Source: Leucoraja erinacea (taxonomy: Eukaryota). From it: 64,000 bases of DNA. Position 1 is the stretch's first letter. Every line of letters begins with the position of its first letter. Below the pieces are notes generated by a model. That model did not search any database, was not told where the DNA came from, and was given only the letters and a program-made list of their open reading frames with translations. The stretch covers positions 46,004,001 through 46,068,000 of the forward strand of contig NC_073384.1 in the NCBI RefSeq assembly GCF_028641065.1, given 5' to 3'. Below, piece after piece: positions 24,511 through 36,325 of the stretch. A program made the position numbers and the translations under genes.

Positions 24511-25371
24511 AAGAATGTAGGTCTTTGTGTGCGTTTTTTTTCCCAGAGGAAGAACAAGTTGCAAAATTATCGCGAAAGAGAAGGTGAATAAAAATAACTG
24601 ATTAGTACTTACAAAAAATCGCATGTGATGTTATTACTTCGCGCAACTACATGTTTCTCGGTTGAGCTGCCCGTACACACTTGACAATTCTAGCAGATTA
24701 TTTCCCTTACTTGATCAATCACTTAATTGGAAAGCCTGTTGCTGACCCCCTTGTATGAGGGAATAATTACGCTCGGTCTTTATACCGAGGAAGGAGCGTT
24801 TACTCATTTTGGACACCTGTCAGTTTTGTGTAACATTGATTTTTCCTGTTAATGTATTTGTGCAACATAATGCAGAGTATTAACGCTCCCACAGCACCAC
24901 AGGTATGTTTTGTAAGTGCACTTTGGGGATTACGTTTGGTGCTTTCGGTAGTTGTTATAATGTGCCAGTGTCTCGTCTGCAATCGGCCCTGAGTCTTTAT
25001 TGAGGAATGGGTGGGCGGGGGAATCTTCAAAAGTCTCTTCCTTGGTTTCGTTTTCGTCTAATCCTGTACATTCTAAGAACATTTACCCCGTATTTACGCC
25101 TCTCAGTTGGAGCGGTCCCAGCAGACGGGTCAAGGTGAATTTTGAAGCGCCTGTTTCTCGAATATGGTACAGTGACATTTTCATACACGCGTGAATCTCC
25201 TTTTCAGGAAGGGGGAATAAAAGTAACATCCACACCCGAGAAATTATCAGGGGAATAGATGGTAAGAATCCTTTTCCCTTGATGGGGTACATATGCGGAG
25301 AGGGCAGATGGGAGATAGGAGGATTAGAAGGGCATTTCTTCGCGTAAAATGGTTAACCCTGGACTCCGGAC

Positions 25372-25702
25372 GTAGACACGAGGAACTGCAGATGCTGCAA
25401 TCATGCGTCGACCACAAAGCTTGGATAGACACAAAAAACTGGAATAAATCAGCGGGACAGGGAGCATCTCTGGAGCGAAGGAGTGGGTGACGTTTCGGGT
25501 CGAGACCCTTCTTCAGACAACGTCGCTGGAGGATATGGATAGGCGTCATTTCGGAACGGTGCCCCGCTTCACACTCAACTATGGAGGAAGTGGAGGCGGA
25601 TATTCTGAAGAATGGTCTCGACCCGAAGCGTCACCCATTCCTTCTCTCCAGAGATGTTGCCTGTCCCGCTGAGTTAGTCCAGCATGTTGTGTCTATCTTC
25701 GG
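25372..25702. mobile_element. Inverted pair of Penelope-derived pLTRs
   Basis: Minus-strand arm ~25424-25518 and plus-strand arm 25605-25702 are reverse complements around an ~85 bp spacer. Confidence 0.8.
25489..25516 (-). ncRNA. Minimal type-I hammerhead ribozyme motif (intact core)
   Basis: Minus strand reads CUGAAGA-A-GGGU-CUCG-ACCC-GAAA-C-GUC: CUGANGA and GAAA boxes, stem II hairpin, GUC cleavage triplet. Confidence 0.7.
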
Positions 25703-25870
25703 ATATTATCAAAACCGTTAAGAAGCATTTAGATAAGGACTTGAGTCCCCGAGGCTGAGAAGACTACGGGCCAAATACGGGTAAATGTTTAGCATGGGCA
25801 TGATGAGCCGTAAGACCTTCTTCTTTGTTGTATGGCTCTAATAGCAACTGCCCAGCATCTCCCTTTGCAC

Positions 25871-25966
25871 GAAGATAGACACAAAAAGCTGGAGTAACTC
25901 AGCCGGGCAGGCAGCATCTCTGGGGAGAAGGGATGGGTGACGTTTCGGGTCGAGACCCTTCTTCAG
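25871..25966 (-). mobile_element. Penelope-derived pLTR with intact hammerhead core (25939-25966)
   Basis: gacgtttcgggtcgagacccttcttcag is the reverse complement of CTGAAGAAGGGTCTCGACCCGAAACGTC. Confidence 0.75.
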
Positions 25967-27359
25967 CTCATGTTCTCAACTAGGGATATTTAGTGCCAGT
26001 TATTTCCTGGGTTGAGAGGCTGCGTGATTGATAGGATATAGATAGACAAGTCCGGTTGGTGTCTACGAGGGCCTCTAGTATCCCCTGCTAATGTTTGCCA
26101 ACCGTGTCGATTGAGCAGGCACAGAGTGAGTACGAGGTTTATGAAGAAATCCACATCTTAACCTCTCTGGCAATCAAGACCTAAGTGAGAAGATTTGCAA
26201 GGAGTTGGGATTGTTAGTGGGGCCCCCAGAGAAACCAGTCCCGTTCCTGTTTGCGTGGAAATGCACGTTTAATAAGCAAACGTTCAAAGATTTTTGGGCT
26301 TTATATCAACACTAAACATGTGCAGAATAAACCAGATAGATACCAGAGTTATCTACCTTTGGAAGTGAGTGCGGGGCCAAGCTTTGTGTCAATATTTCCT
26401 TCAAGCAATTTCATGTATCCACTGCCCCACCGAGCCCAGCGCTCGAGTTAAAATGAGACTGGGCTTTTGGATCGCCCAGCGCCAGCCAGTTATATTCCTC
26501 TGCCGCTGTTCCCATGTCCCCCACTCCACTTCTTTTCCGTCCACCTATCCGAACCAATTTGATCGTTGACATGAATATTGCCTGAATCATTGGAAGTGTC
26601 TGCCGCAGTCCCACAAGACGAAATTTATACTGAGTTTGTGCCGTGATTCAATTGCTTCAATGTGAGTCAATGATCGCGGTCTGTATGGGACTATGTGTGA
26701 GTCATCGTGTAATGATGCATGGACGCTTGTGAGAATGAGAGCAGTGGAATTGAAAGCAACTACATTTATGAACGAGTGTATCAAGTGCAGTGTGGATGTG
26801 TCAACCGCAATGCAGTTGGGAATGCGTACATATGAGCCGACTTTAAGCTTGGTGTAACTGAGAAAATAGTTTACTGCAGCTGAAATTACATTTCATGTTA
26901 ACTGTGATGTCGTGCAAATTAATGAAAGGCAAGTGAGTGTGAATACGCTCATTAATAAATTTGGTGAAACTGGGTGTGTGGAATATCTATCTGTGTGACT
27001 CTGAATGTGCAAATGAGTTCAGTGTGTCAATGGTTGAATGAGCTCGCTAAAACAGTGAGTATGTGATTCAGGCCAGTTTAAATGCAGATGGATTCCGCGT
27101 GTCCTGGAGTATAACTAAAAAAGTCAAATGGTGACTGTGACAGTGCAGTGTGCAAATTAGTTCAGAGTGACCGGATGAGGAAGTGCCGTGTACACACAGT
27201 GCGTGCATGAAGGAGCTCCATCTGACTCTTGTTGTGTAAATGGACTTAGTGTTGGTGTGGACATGACAGTGTGAAGTGACAGTGAGTGTGTGAATGATGA
27301 CTGTATCTATGTGTGTAAACACGTGGCTGAGTGAAAATGTAGAGTATAAATGACTTCAA

Positions 27360-27540
27360 TGGGCTATCCTTACTCGGACTTTACGGGACTTTATCCTGCA
27401 CTAAACGTTCTTCCCTTTACTGGATACAGTGGATGGATCGTTTGTAATCACGTATAGTCTTTGGGCTGGCTGATTAGCGTGAAACAAATGGCTTTCATTG
27501 TACCTCGGTACACGTGACAATAAATTAAACGAGGCCAAAC
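27360..27540 (+). mobile_element. LINE 3'UTR fragment
   Basis: ctttcattgtacctcggtacacgtgacaataaa tail, shared with ~39200-39240, ~46400-46440 and ~63920-63950. Confidence 0.65.
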
Positions 27541-28179
27541 TAATCTAGTGTGTGAGTGAGTTCAGCTGATAACATCCGAATCAGTTTTGTGTTTTGTATA
27601 CATGGGATGTGTGTAAGTGTAAAGTGGTCTGTGTAACTGTGTTAAAAGAGCTCCGTGTGCGGAGGAATGAATGCTGTGAGTTTGTGATCACTGTACTGGT
27701 GTGTACATGGACCTAATATAACTGAATTGAAAATGCTACCAGGTCAGATTGTATATATGAGATCACTGTAACTATAAGACCATAGGACATAGGACCAGTA
27801 TTAGGCCCACCGAATCCACTGCCATTAAATCATGGCTGGTCTATTTTTCCCTCGCAACTCCATTCTCCTGCCTTCTGCTCGTTTAACTCTGTGTAGACAC
27901 AGTCTCAGTGGCTTTGCTCGAGTGTCAGACGGGGACTCCGAGATATTGAATGCCTAACCCAGCTCTGTGCAACAGGAAACATAAAGAGCTTGGTGTAACT
28001 CAGACAAGTGTGACTTCATGTGTAAATGAGCTCGGCTTAACAGTGAGTGCATGAATTAAGTTTGGAAGTTAGCCCCATGAAACTGTGAAAGGTGTGAAAA
28101 TGAACTTAAAATGATACTGAGTGTGTTGATAGCTTCTCATAATGGCTGGGGTGGGATGTGGGTGCATGGAGCGTTAGAG

Positions 28180-28770
28180 TGATAGCATCATACAGCATGG
28201 AAACAGATCCTTAGGTCCAACTTGCCCACACTGACCAGATGTCCCACCTGCTTGCGTTTTGGCCCCTATCTCTCTAAACCTGTCCTATCCATGTACCTGT
28301 CTAAATGTTTCTTAAACATTACAATAGTCCCTCAACTACCACCTCTGGCAGCTCGTTCCATACACCCACCAACCTTTATGTAAAAAAGTTACCCTTTAGA
28401 TTCACATTAAATCTCCCCCTCTCACCTTAAACCTATGTCCTGTGGCTCGCAATTCCCCTATCCTGGGCAAAAGACTCTGTGTGCTTATCCGATCTATTCC
28501 TCTCATGATTTTGTATACCTCTATAAGATCACCGCTCATCCTCCTGTGCTCCAAGGCATAAAGCCAAAGCCTGCTCAACCTCTCTCTATAGCTCATTCCC
28601 TCGAATCCTCGTACTCATAAATATCTGCCTTGGAGTTGATTGACCTCAGTATATTTACATAATTACAGGTGGGACTAGTGTAGATGGGGCATCTTGGTTG
28701 GTGTGAGCAAATTGGGTCGAAGGGCACTTTTTCATGCTGTACGACTCTATGACTCTAAGAATCACAGAGT
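28180..28770. mobile_element. CR1/HER1-like LINE 3' fragments (minus 28180-28610; plus tail ~28665-28770)
   Basis: Minus ORF MSYRERLSRLWLYALEHRRMSGDLIEVYKIMRGIDR..GHRFKVRG, the typical CR1 ORF2 end. Confidence 0.8.
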
Positions 28771-29309
28771 GACAACAAATGCACAAATTAAATAAATTTG
28801 AGTATGAATGTGTAAATGAAATTTGCATGGTCATGAATTCACAAAAGAGTTCTGTTTGACTCCATGCATAGAAGGACTCAACGTGATGATGAGAGTTTAA
28901 ATTTGAATATGTGAATGAGCATAACTGTGAGCACATTGAATAAACTCATTCTAACCTTGGTTGAGAGTTGTATCTACAATCAAAATGGTTAATATTTCAG
29001 GTTTGGGACACTTCTTCAGAATTGGGAAAGAGAGTAGAACAAGTTCACAGGAGCGACACTGAAAGAGTAACTAAGAACCGTGTAACTGAAAATGACACTT
29101 GTGTATCTGTCAGCAAATGCTCTGTTTTACCGTAATTTTCCTTTACTGTTGTTTACCACATTAAGCTCACTGTGGCCATGAGTAGGTAGATAAACATGAT
29201 GTAAATGTAAATCAATTCCATGTAACAATGTATGAATAACCTCAGTGTGACAGTTTATACATGAGCTTGGTGTTACAGGAGCATTCAATGAGTTTCAAAA
29301 AACTCACAG

Positions 29310-31220
29310 AATAGTCACAGTACTGAAGGGGACAACTCAGTTTATCTGGGCAATACTGGTTTTATGTAAGGGCAATGCAGATAGTTCCATTCCTACTCTG
29401 TCCCCACAACCCTGAAAACTATTTCCTTTCAGATACTTAACCAGCTTTCTTTCAAACATTACAATTGAAGTTGCTTCTATTACTGTACATCACATCTGAA
29501 TTCCAGACTCTAATCACTTGCTATGTAATAATAAACTTTTCCTCATGTCAATTTTGGTTCATTTATCAATCTTCTTCAGCTCTTAACTGGTCTGCCAATG
29601 GGAGATGTTTCCCTCTATTTACCCTGTTTCTACCCTTCATTTTAGATACCTTCAACAGATCATTCGCAATTTCTTCTCCCCATGTTTTCCTGTCTATCTA
29701 AAAATCCGAAGCACCCCCTACATAGAATCATTGTGATGAATCCCCTCTGCACCCTATCCAGAGCCTTCACATCTTACCTAAAGTGTGGCATCCAAAATGG
29801 AATCCAATGCTTTTGTTGTAGCAGAACCAATGTTTTTAAAATAATCATCATGGTCTTGCTCTTAGGCTCCACGTCTCTCTGTCTACAAAGCCCAGAATCC
29901 CTGACATCGTTTTAACCATTTTCTTAACCAACCGTGCCACTTATAATGTTCAAAGAATTTGACAAGTATTCATGACCGCTGCATTCTTGTGCAAAACGCA
30001 AAGCTGGAGGAACTCAACGGAGAACGTGTAAACTCCATACATAGAACGTAACCAGCATTTTCTATTTCCATTTTGGATTTCCAGCATGTTGTTTATTGAT
30101 TTGCATTGATCTCTTTGTAGACTATAATTGTGTTCCTCGGAGTTCAGTATGCCTTCATTTGTACCATGTGCATATCATTAATATATATTAAGAAACGCAT
30201 TGATCCTATTACTGACTGCTGGGAATCTCAACTGTGTATACTGCCATCCAATCTAAAATAATTATACCTGAACTACTCAGTATCTGGTTGCTTAGCACCC
30301 TTTCTATCTATACCTCATCAGTATTTATTATTGCATTAATCTCAACCTTGACGAGAAGTTGTGTGGCACATTATCGTGCTTTTTGGAAGATTATATATAT
30401 CATATCAACTACATTTTCCTTGTTGGCCCCATCCATTACTTCATTAAAAAAGATGCAACCAACTCCCCTTCCTTTATTCTGTCTTGGCATTGTGCTAGAT
30501 CTGCTTCACTACAGTGCACACTTGTCAATGAAGTTAGAGCAGAATTTGGCTGCACAGTCATTAGTGTATAAGGAGTATAGTTAGGAGCTGAGAACTGCTC
30601 CTTGTGGGGCACTGGTGTTGAGAATTACCATAGAGGAAGTTTTACCATCTCTCCTCACTTATTCTGATCTATGGGTTAGGAAGTCGAGGATTCAGTTGCA
30701 GAGCATGTGCTAGACGAGGTTTGTCTTAACAAATCTTTGCAGGTTTTCTCTCTTTAATCCACACTTGTCCAACTGACGGTTAATTCTTCCCTGTCCATTG
30801 TTTTAAGAATTTTCTCCACCATCATTGTTAGACAGATTAGCCTCTCGTTACTGAATTTGTCATTATACTTTTTTTTTGAGTAACCATGTAATATGTGCAA
30901 TTTTCCAGTTCCTACCCTTGGATTTGCAGATGTTTTGGAAGATTATGGCCGGGGCCTGCGCATTGCCCACCCTTTCCACTAGCAACATGGATGCCTCCCA
31001 CTTGATTTATCCACGTCAAATGGAGCTCGCCATTCTGCTACTTTATTTTTTTTTAATCAATTTGTTTGCACATCCTGAATCTGAATTGCATCTTCCTTCA
31101 CTGAGACTCCAGAAGTATCTTCATTCTTGCTAAATTTTGAGATAATTCTTTCACACCTCCATCATACCAAATGTCTATATGAATACATTTCCATTTTGGT
31201 TACTTCTCTACTTAGAACGC
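29310..31220 (-). mobile_element. Old degenerate CR1/L2-type LINE fragments with small nested pieces
   Basis: Patchy similarity to reverse ORF2 (ccctctgcaccctatccagagcc..aagtgtggcatccaaaatggaatccaatg; ggagctgagaactgctccttgtggggcac). Confidence 0.45.
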
Positions 31221-31249
31221 ATTTGTTCTTTACTTGCCTAAAACTGATA

Positions 31250-31560
31250 AGGTTGCTGCCTCATAATGCCAGAAATCTAGGTTTCTTCCTGACTTCAGGA
31301 ATTGTCTGTGTGGAATGTGCATGTTCTCCCTGTAACCACGTGGATTTCCTCCGGGTGCTCCAGTTTCCTCCAATATCCATATGATGCATAGGTTTTTTGG
31401 TTAATTGCCCTATAACAAAGTTTCCCTCAATATGTAGTGTGAATGAGAAAGTGGGATAACAGGACTAGTGTGAATGAGTGATCAATGGTCAGCATGGACT
31501 CAGTGGGCCGAAAGCCTTTTCCCATGTTGTATCTTTAAAATTTAAACTTAAACTAAACTG
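31250..31560 (+). mobile_element. HE1/V-SINE-like SINE
   Basis: gtctgtgtggaatgtgcatgttctccc..gtggatttcctccgggtgctccagtttcctcc central V-domain; LINE-derived tail gtgggccgaaagcc..(aaact)n. Confidence 0.75.
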
Positions 31561-33138
31561 GGCAAGTGTATATCAGTCTGTAAATAAGGTTTAAGAATGA
31601 ACGTGCGAATGAGATGGAACAACTGTGTGTTAGTTAGCTCAGTGTAACGTGGAATTAATCTAATGCAAATAAAATGTGTAGGTCTCATTGTGTATGTGAG
31701 GTTGCTATTGCAGGTGTACGGGTGAGCTCAGTATAATTGTGATTGTGCAAAAAACCTGATGTGTGGTGTCATAGAGACATATAGCAAGGAAACTGGCCCT
31801 TTGGCCCAACTTGTCCATACCGACCAATATGCCCCATCATAGCTTAGTCCCATTTGCCCGCATTTGGCCCATAACCCTCTAAACCTTTCCTATCCATGCA
31901 AATGTCCAAGTGTTTTAAATGCTTAAATATAAATGTGCTCAATCTAACAGCAAACATATTACTGAACAGAATGACTGAGAGGGTGAGAATGTCCTGATGT
32001 AACAAAGAGTGACCAAAGCAAGCTTAGTGCAACTGTGAAAGTCTAACATAATTCTGTTCATGTCCTGTGTTTATTACATCAGTGTATCTGTGTATGTAAT
32101 AATATTAAGTGTGAGTGTGATAATGAGTTAATTGTGGCAACAAGTGTGCAAAATTGTAAATGTGCTCAACGAGAAAGATAGTATTATCATCAGTGGCTTT
32201 TGAATGTGCAGAGATTCTGCAGGAAATTACTGAGTGAAGCAAGTGGCCTCTTCCTACTTTCATAAGTGATAGGAGCATAATTGGGCCATTCACCATTCAA
32301 TCATGGCTGATCTATCTTATCTTCTACACCCAATTCTCCTGCCTCCTCCCCATAACACCTGCCATTTACACTGGAACCTGGTGCAACCAACCTGGAGCAT
32401 GGACACAGGCTCGTGTGGACCATTGAATAGGTGGAGTCTATCATGCAGCTATTTTACTCTAATCCTACACTAATCCTAATTTATTCTCCCTGTATTCCTA
32501 TAAAATCCTGACTCGCCCAAACACTTAGCTTAATTTACAGTTTCCAATTAATGCACCAATTTCCATGTCTTCAAATGTAGGAGGAAATGGGCTCTTTGGA
32601 CCCAAGGGAAACACTTGAAGTCGCAGGAACAACGTGGAAACTCAATACAGACAGTATCCAAGGTCAGGATTATGAAATTGAAACGATGCATCCAAGCACA
32701 TTTCTGTCATTATATGTTTGATAAATACATTGCCTAGAATAAAGGATAAGATACAGGAAGCTTAATATTGTTCTCAGATTTATAGCGCACCAGTTCCATA
32801 GGCAAAGTCTAATGAGCATGATGGGGTAAAGGTGAATGTGACAGTACCATAACTTGTGGTAGGACCATTCAGTAGCCTGATACCAGAAGTGAAGAAGCTG
32901 ATCCTGAGTCTGCTTCTATTCTTAGTGCAGTGAGTAATTCTGCCAGTGGGCACGATAGCCTGAGATTTTGACTGCCTAAAGTACGGAGAAAATGTGGCAA
33001 TTTTTGTGTGTGAGTCAGAAGTCTAAAGAGAAAGGAGAAAGCGAAACATTTGGGTAAGTTATTTTAATGGGGAGTTTTATTGACCCAAAAGTAAACCAGG
33101 TAATCTGTTTTATAATCAGCAATCATGAATGCTACATG

Positions 33139-34275
33139 TTGAACATTGAATTCTCCAATTTTAGGTTGCTACATAACCTTCCTCTTCTTCCCCCATATAA
33201 CCCCGACCACCTTCTCTCCCCTTCCTTCTGCTCTCCCCTGAGTCCCACCTGGCTCACACCCATTTCTCCCCTGCCATTCCACTTACTACATTCCTTCCTC
33301 TAGCTTCACAATTTGCAAATTTTCAATCCTTTTGTGTAACCCCTTCATCTTTCACCTGAAACATAGAAAGTAGGTGCAGGAGTCGGCCATTCGGCCCTTC
33401 GAGCCAGCACCGCCATTCAATATGATCATGGCTGATCATCCAGAATCAGGATCCTGTTCCTGCTTTTTCCCTGTGTCCCTTGATTCAGTTAGTCCTAAGA
33501 GTTATATCTAACTCTCTCTTGAAAATATCCAGTGAATTGGCCTACATTGCTTTCTGTGGCAGAGAATTCCAAAGATTCACAACTTTCTGGGTGAAAAAGG
33601 TTTTCATCATCTCAGTCCTAAATGGCCTACCCCTTATTTTTAAACTCTGACCCCTGGTTCTTGACCTCCCCAACATTTGGAAATGTTTTCCTGCATCTAG
33701 CCTGTCTAATCCCTTAAGAATTTTATATGTTTCTATAAGATAGCCTTCTTATAGAATCCTTCTAAATTCCAGTGAATATGCCTATCAAATAACCCTCCTC
33801 ACCCGTGTTGGCCTATTGCCTGCCAGGCTTTTCCTGCCCCTCTTCTCTTCCAGCTTTCTTCCCCCCTCTCCAAAGCAATCTGAAGAAGGGTCACTGCGGC
33901 GACTTTTGCAGAGCACCAGAAATAGAAAAGGTTCATCTACAACTTCTATCAACTCACCTGGATCAGGGAAACGGCAGTAATCGGTACCGTTTCAGACAAG
34001 CTGCTTGGGCAGCTGAAAGCGCTGGCAAGTTATTCATGTGTGTATATATTTATAGTATGGTATATGGACATATGGATCTGTTTTGTAGTAAATGCCTACT
34101 ATGTCTGTGTGCTGAAGCAAAGCAAGAATTTCATTGCCCGATCAGGGACACATGACAATAAACTCACTTGAACTTGAACTTTAACTCAAAATATCATCTA
34201 TCTGTGTTCTCCTGATTTGCTGCCTGAGCTAGTTCAGCAATTTGTGCCTCATTTTGTAACCAGCATCTGTGCTCC
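33139..34275 (+). mobile_element. Penelope-like 3' remnant with nested CR1 (minus, ~33360-33780) and nested LINE tail (plus, ~33893-34180)
   Basis: LNIEFSNFR at ~33139-33165, CT-rich tract, CTGAAGAAGGGTC at 33880-92, resuming after the insert at 34181 (ttaactcaaaatatc..tgctgcctgagc..accagcatctg). Confidence 0.7.
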
Positions 34276-34544
34276 TTTTGATTCAACTTGTATTATCTAA
34301 ATACAATATGGCAAGGAAGAATCAAGAATTTGTCTTGGCATTTGTAGTATACGGAAAAGGTACACCAAATGGATGTTGAATTCCATGTCTATTCTGCAAA
34401 ACAAAATGGTCCTCTTGAATTTTTACAGGGGTTTGATTGCCTTGAATGTCCATTTGTCATGTGTGAGCTGAGAGCTGTCCCTGTCTGACATCCATACATG
34501 AACATGCTCTGCTGACGTCATTGGATACCGATCAGGACCAAGAG

Positions 34545-34672
34545 TGTAGGAAGGAATTGGTGATGCCGGTTTCCACCAAAGATAGACACAAAATGCGGAA
34601 TAACTCAGCGGGACAAACATCGTCTCTGGACAGAAGGAATGGGTGACGTTTTGGGTCGAGATGTTTCTTCAA
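34545..34672 (-). mobile_element. Penelope-derived pLTR
   Basis: gatagacacaaaatgcggaataactcagcgggac..gggtgacgttttgggtcgagatgtttcttc. Confidence 0.7.
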
Positions 34673-34679
34673 TTTCTTC

Positions 34680-35310
34680 AAAGGATTTGAGTATAGGAGC
34701 AGGGAGGTTCTACTGCAGTTGTACAGGGTCTTGGTAAGACCACACCTGGAGTATTGCGTACAGTTTTGGTCTCCAAATCTGAGGAAGGACATTATTGCCA
34801 TAGAGTGAGTGCAGAACGGTTCACCAGACTGATTCCTTGAATTCAGGACTGTCTATTATGAAGAAAAACAAAATGACTTCTCTCTAGATTTTAGAAGATT
34901 GAGAAATTATCATCCTTTAGAAACTTACAAAATTTTTACAGGGGTTTGACATTGCCTTGCAGGAAGATTGTTCCCGATGTGAGGGAAGTCCAGGACAATG
35001 GGTCACAGCTTAAGGGTAAGGGGGAAATCCTTTAAAACCGAGATGAGAAGAACTTTTTTAACACAGAGAGTGGTGAATCTCTGGAACTCTCTGCCACAGA
35101 GGGTAAGAGTGAGGCCAGTTCATTGGCTAATTTAAGAGGGAGTTAGATGTGGCCCTTGTGGCCAGGGGATCAGGGGGTATGGAGAGAAGGCAGGTACGGG
35201 ATACTGAGTTGGATGATCAACCATGATCATATTGAATGGCGGTGCAGGCTCGAAGGGCCGAATGGCCTGCTCCTGCACCTAATTTCTATGTTTCTATGTT
35301 TCTATGTTTC
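34680..35310 (+). mobile_element. CR1 LINE 3' part
   Basis: [32 protein letters not shown] motif, 3'UTR ggccgaatggcctgctcctgcacc and (TTTCTATG)n tail. Confidence 0.88.
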
Positions 35311-35315
35311 AAACA

Positions 35316-35462
35316 AACAGCATCTCTAGAGAGAAGGAAAGGGTGACGTTTTCAGGTCAAGAAATCTGAAGAAGGGTCTCAACCTGAAATGTCACCCATT
35401 TCTTCTCTTCAGAGATGCTGCATGTCCCACTGAGTTACTCCAGCATTTTGTGTCTATCTTCA
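35316..35462. mobile_element. Inverted pair of Penelope-derived pLTRs with plus-strand hammerhead-like core (35366-35393)
   Basis: cagcatctctagagagaaggaaagggtgacgtttt followed by CTGAAGAAGGGTCTCAACCTGAAATGTCacccatttcttctcttcagagatgctg. Confidence 0.72.
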
Positions 35463-36198
35463 GGACCAAGACTAATAGCTGTTAATTGTCATCTTCTGAG
35501 GACAGTGGTGCCTGGCTTAAAGTTCTCTGCTGGGGCTCCAGCTGAGATCAGCTTCTGGTTTGTACAGCTCAGTTACACAATGCATTTATCTTATCAAACT
35601 GGGCAAAAGTGCCTATCAGAGGCAGCATTTGCAGCAAGAAGCTTTCATCTGCTCTTTTTGAATGCATTTCCACATTCATTCCACCAGATGGGAGGAATAT
35701 ATGACACCAAAAAAAAGTATGGCAACTTAAAATTAGAAGTTAAGAAATCAAAGCTGCACTAGTTATGAATGGTATAGATTAATATACATCATAATCTAAG
35801 ACACAACATTTCAGTATTGTTCTGAAGATGGATGAGAGGACAGATCAATCATTTATCCCTGCTGCAAAGAGCTCACAACGATACCTTGATGAGTTTTATA
35901 TATTATCTAACATACTATCGGATTAAATTATAGATTTGCTCATGTCACTATTTCAGTCAATTATATAGCTAACGATGTCTGTTGTATGATTTATATCTTG
36001 CTGCCCAAAAAAGATGAATTAATTTGTATCAAAGATAGTTTATTACCTTTGAAATTACTACATATATTTACATATTATTAGATATATTTAAATATAATCA
36101 TTACTTATGGGTATATTATTGGTTGATTATATTTGGAACCGAATGGCATTGATTGTTTGAAATGGATTATGTGAAGGTGCCCCGCAATTTGTATTAAC

Positions 36199-36325
36199 AA
36201 GGAACTGTAGATGCTGGTTTGTACCAAGGATAGACACAACTGTCGGAGTAACTCAGAGCATCAGGCAGCATCTCTGGATAAAATGGATAGATGATGTTTT
36301 AGGTCAGGATCCTTCTTCAGACTGA
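36199..36325 (-). mobile_element. Penelope-derived pLTR
   Basis: aaggaactgtagatgctggttt..ggagtaactcag..gcagcatctctgg..gatgttttaggtcaggatccttcttcagactg. Confidence 0.7.

Larger units (their letters stand above)
26600..32230. repeat. Ancient degenerate tandem array (~25-29 bp unit, consensus approx. TGTGTGAATGAGCTCAGTGTAACTGTGAG), interrupted by TEs
   Basis: Units visible at e.g. 27006-27026, 27035-27060, 28021-28049, 29229-29254, 29257-29281 and 31714-31742. Confidence 0.55.
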
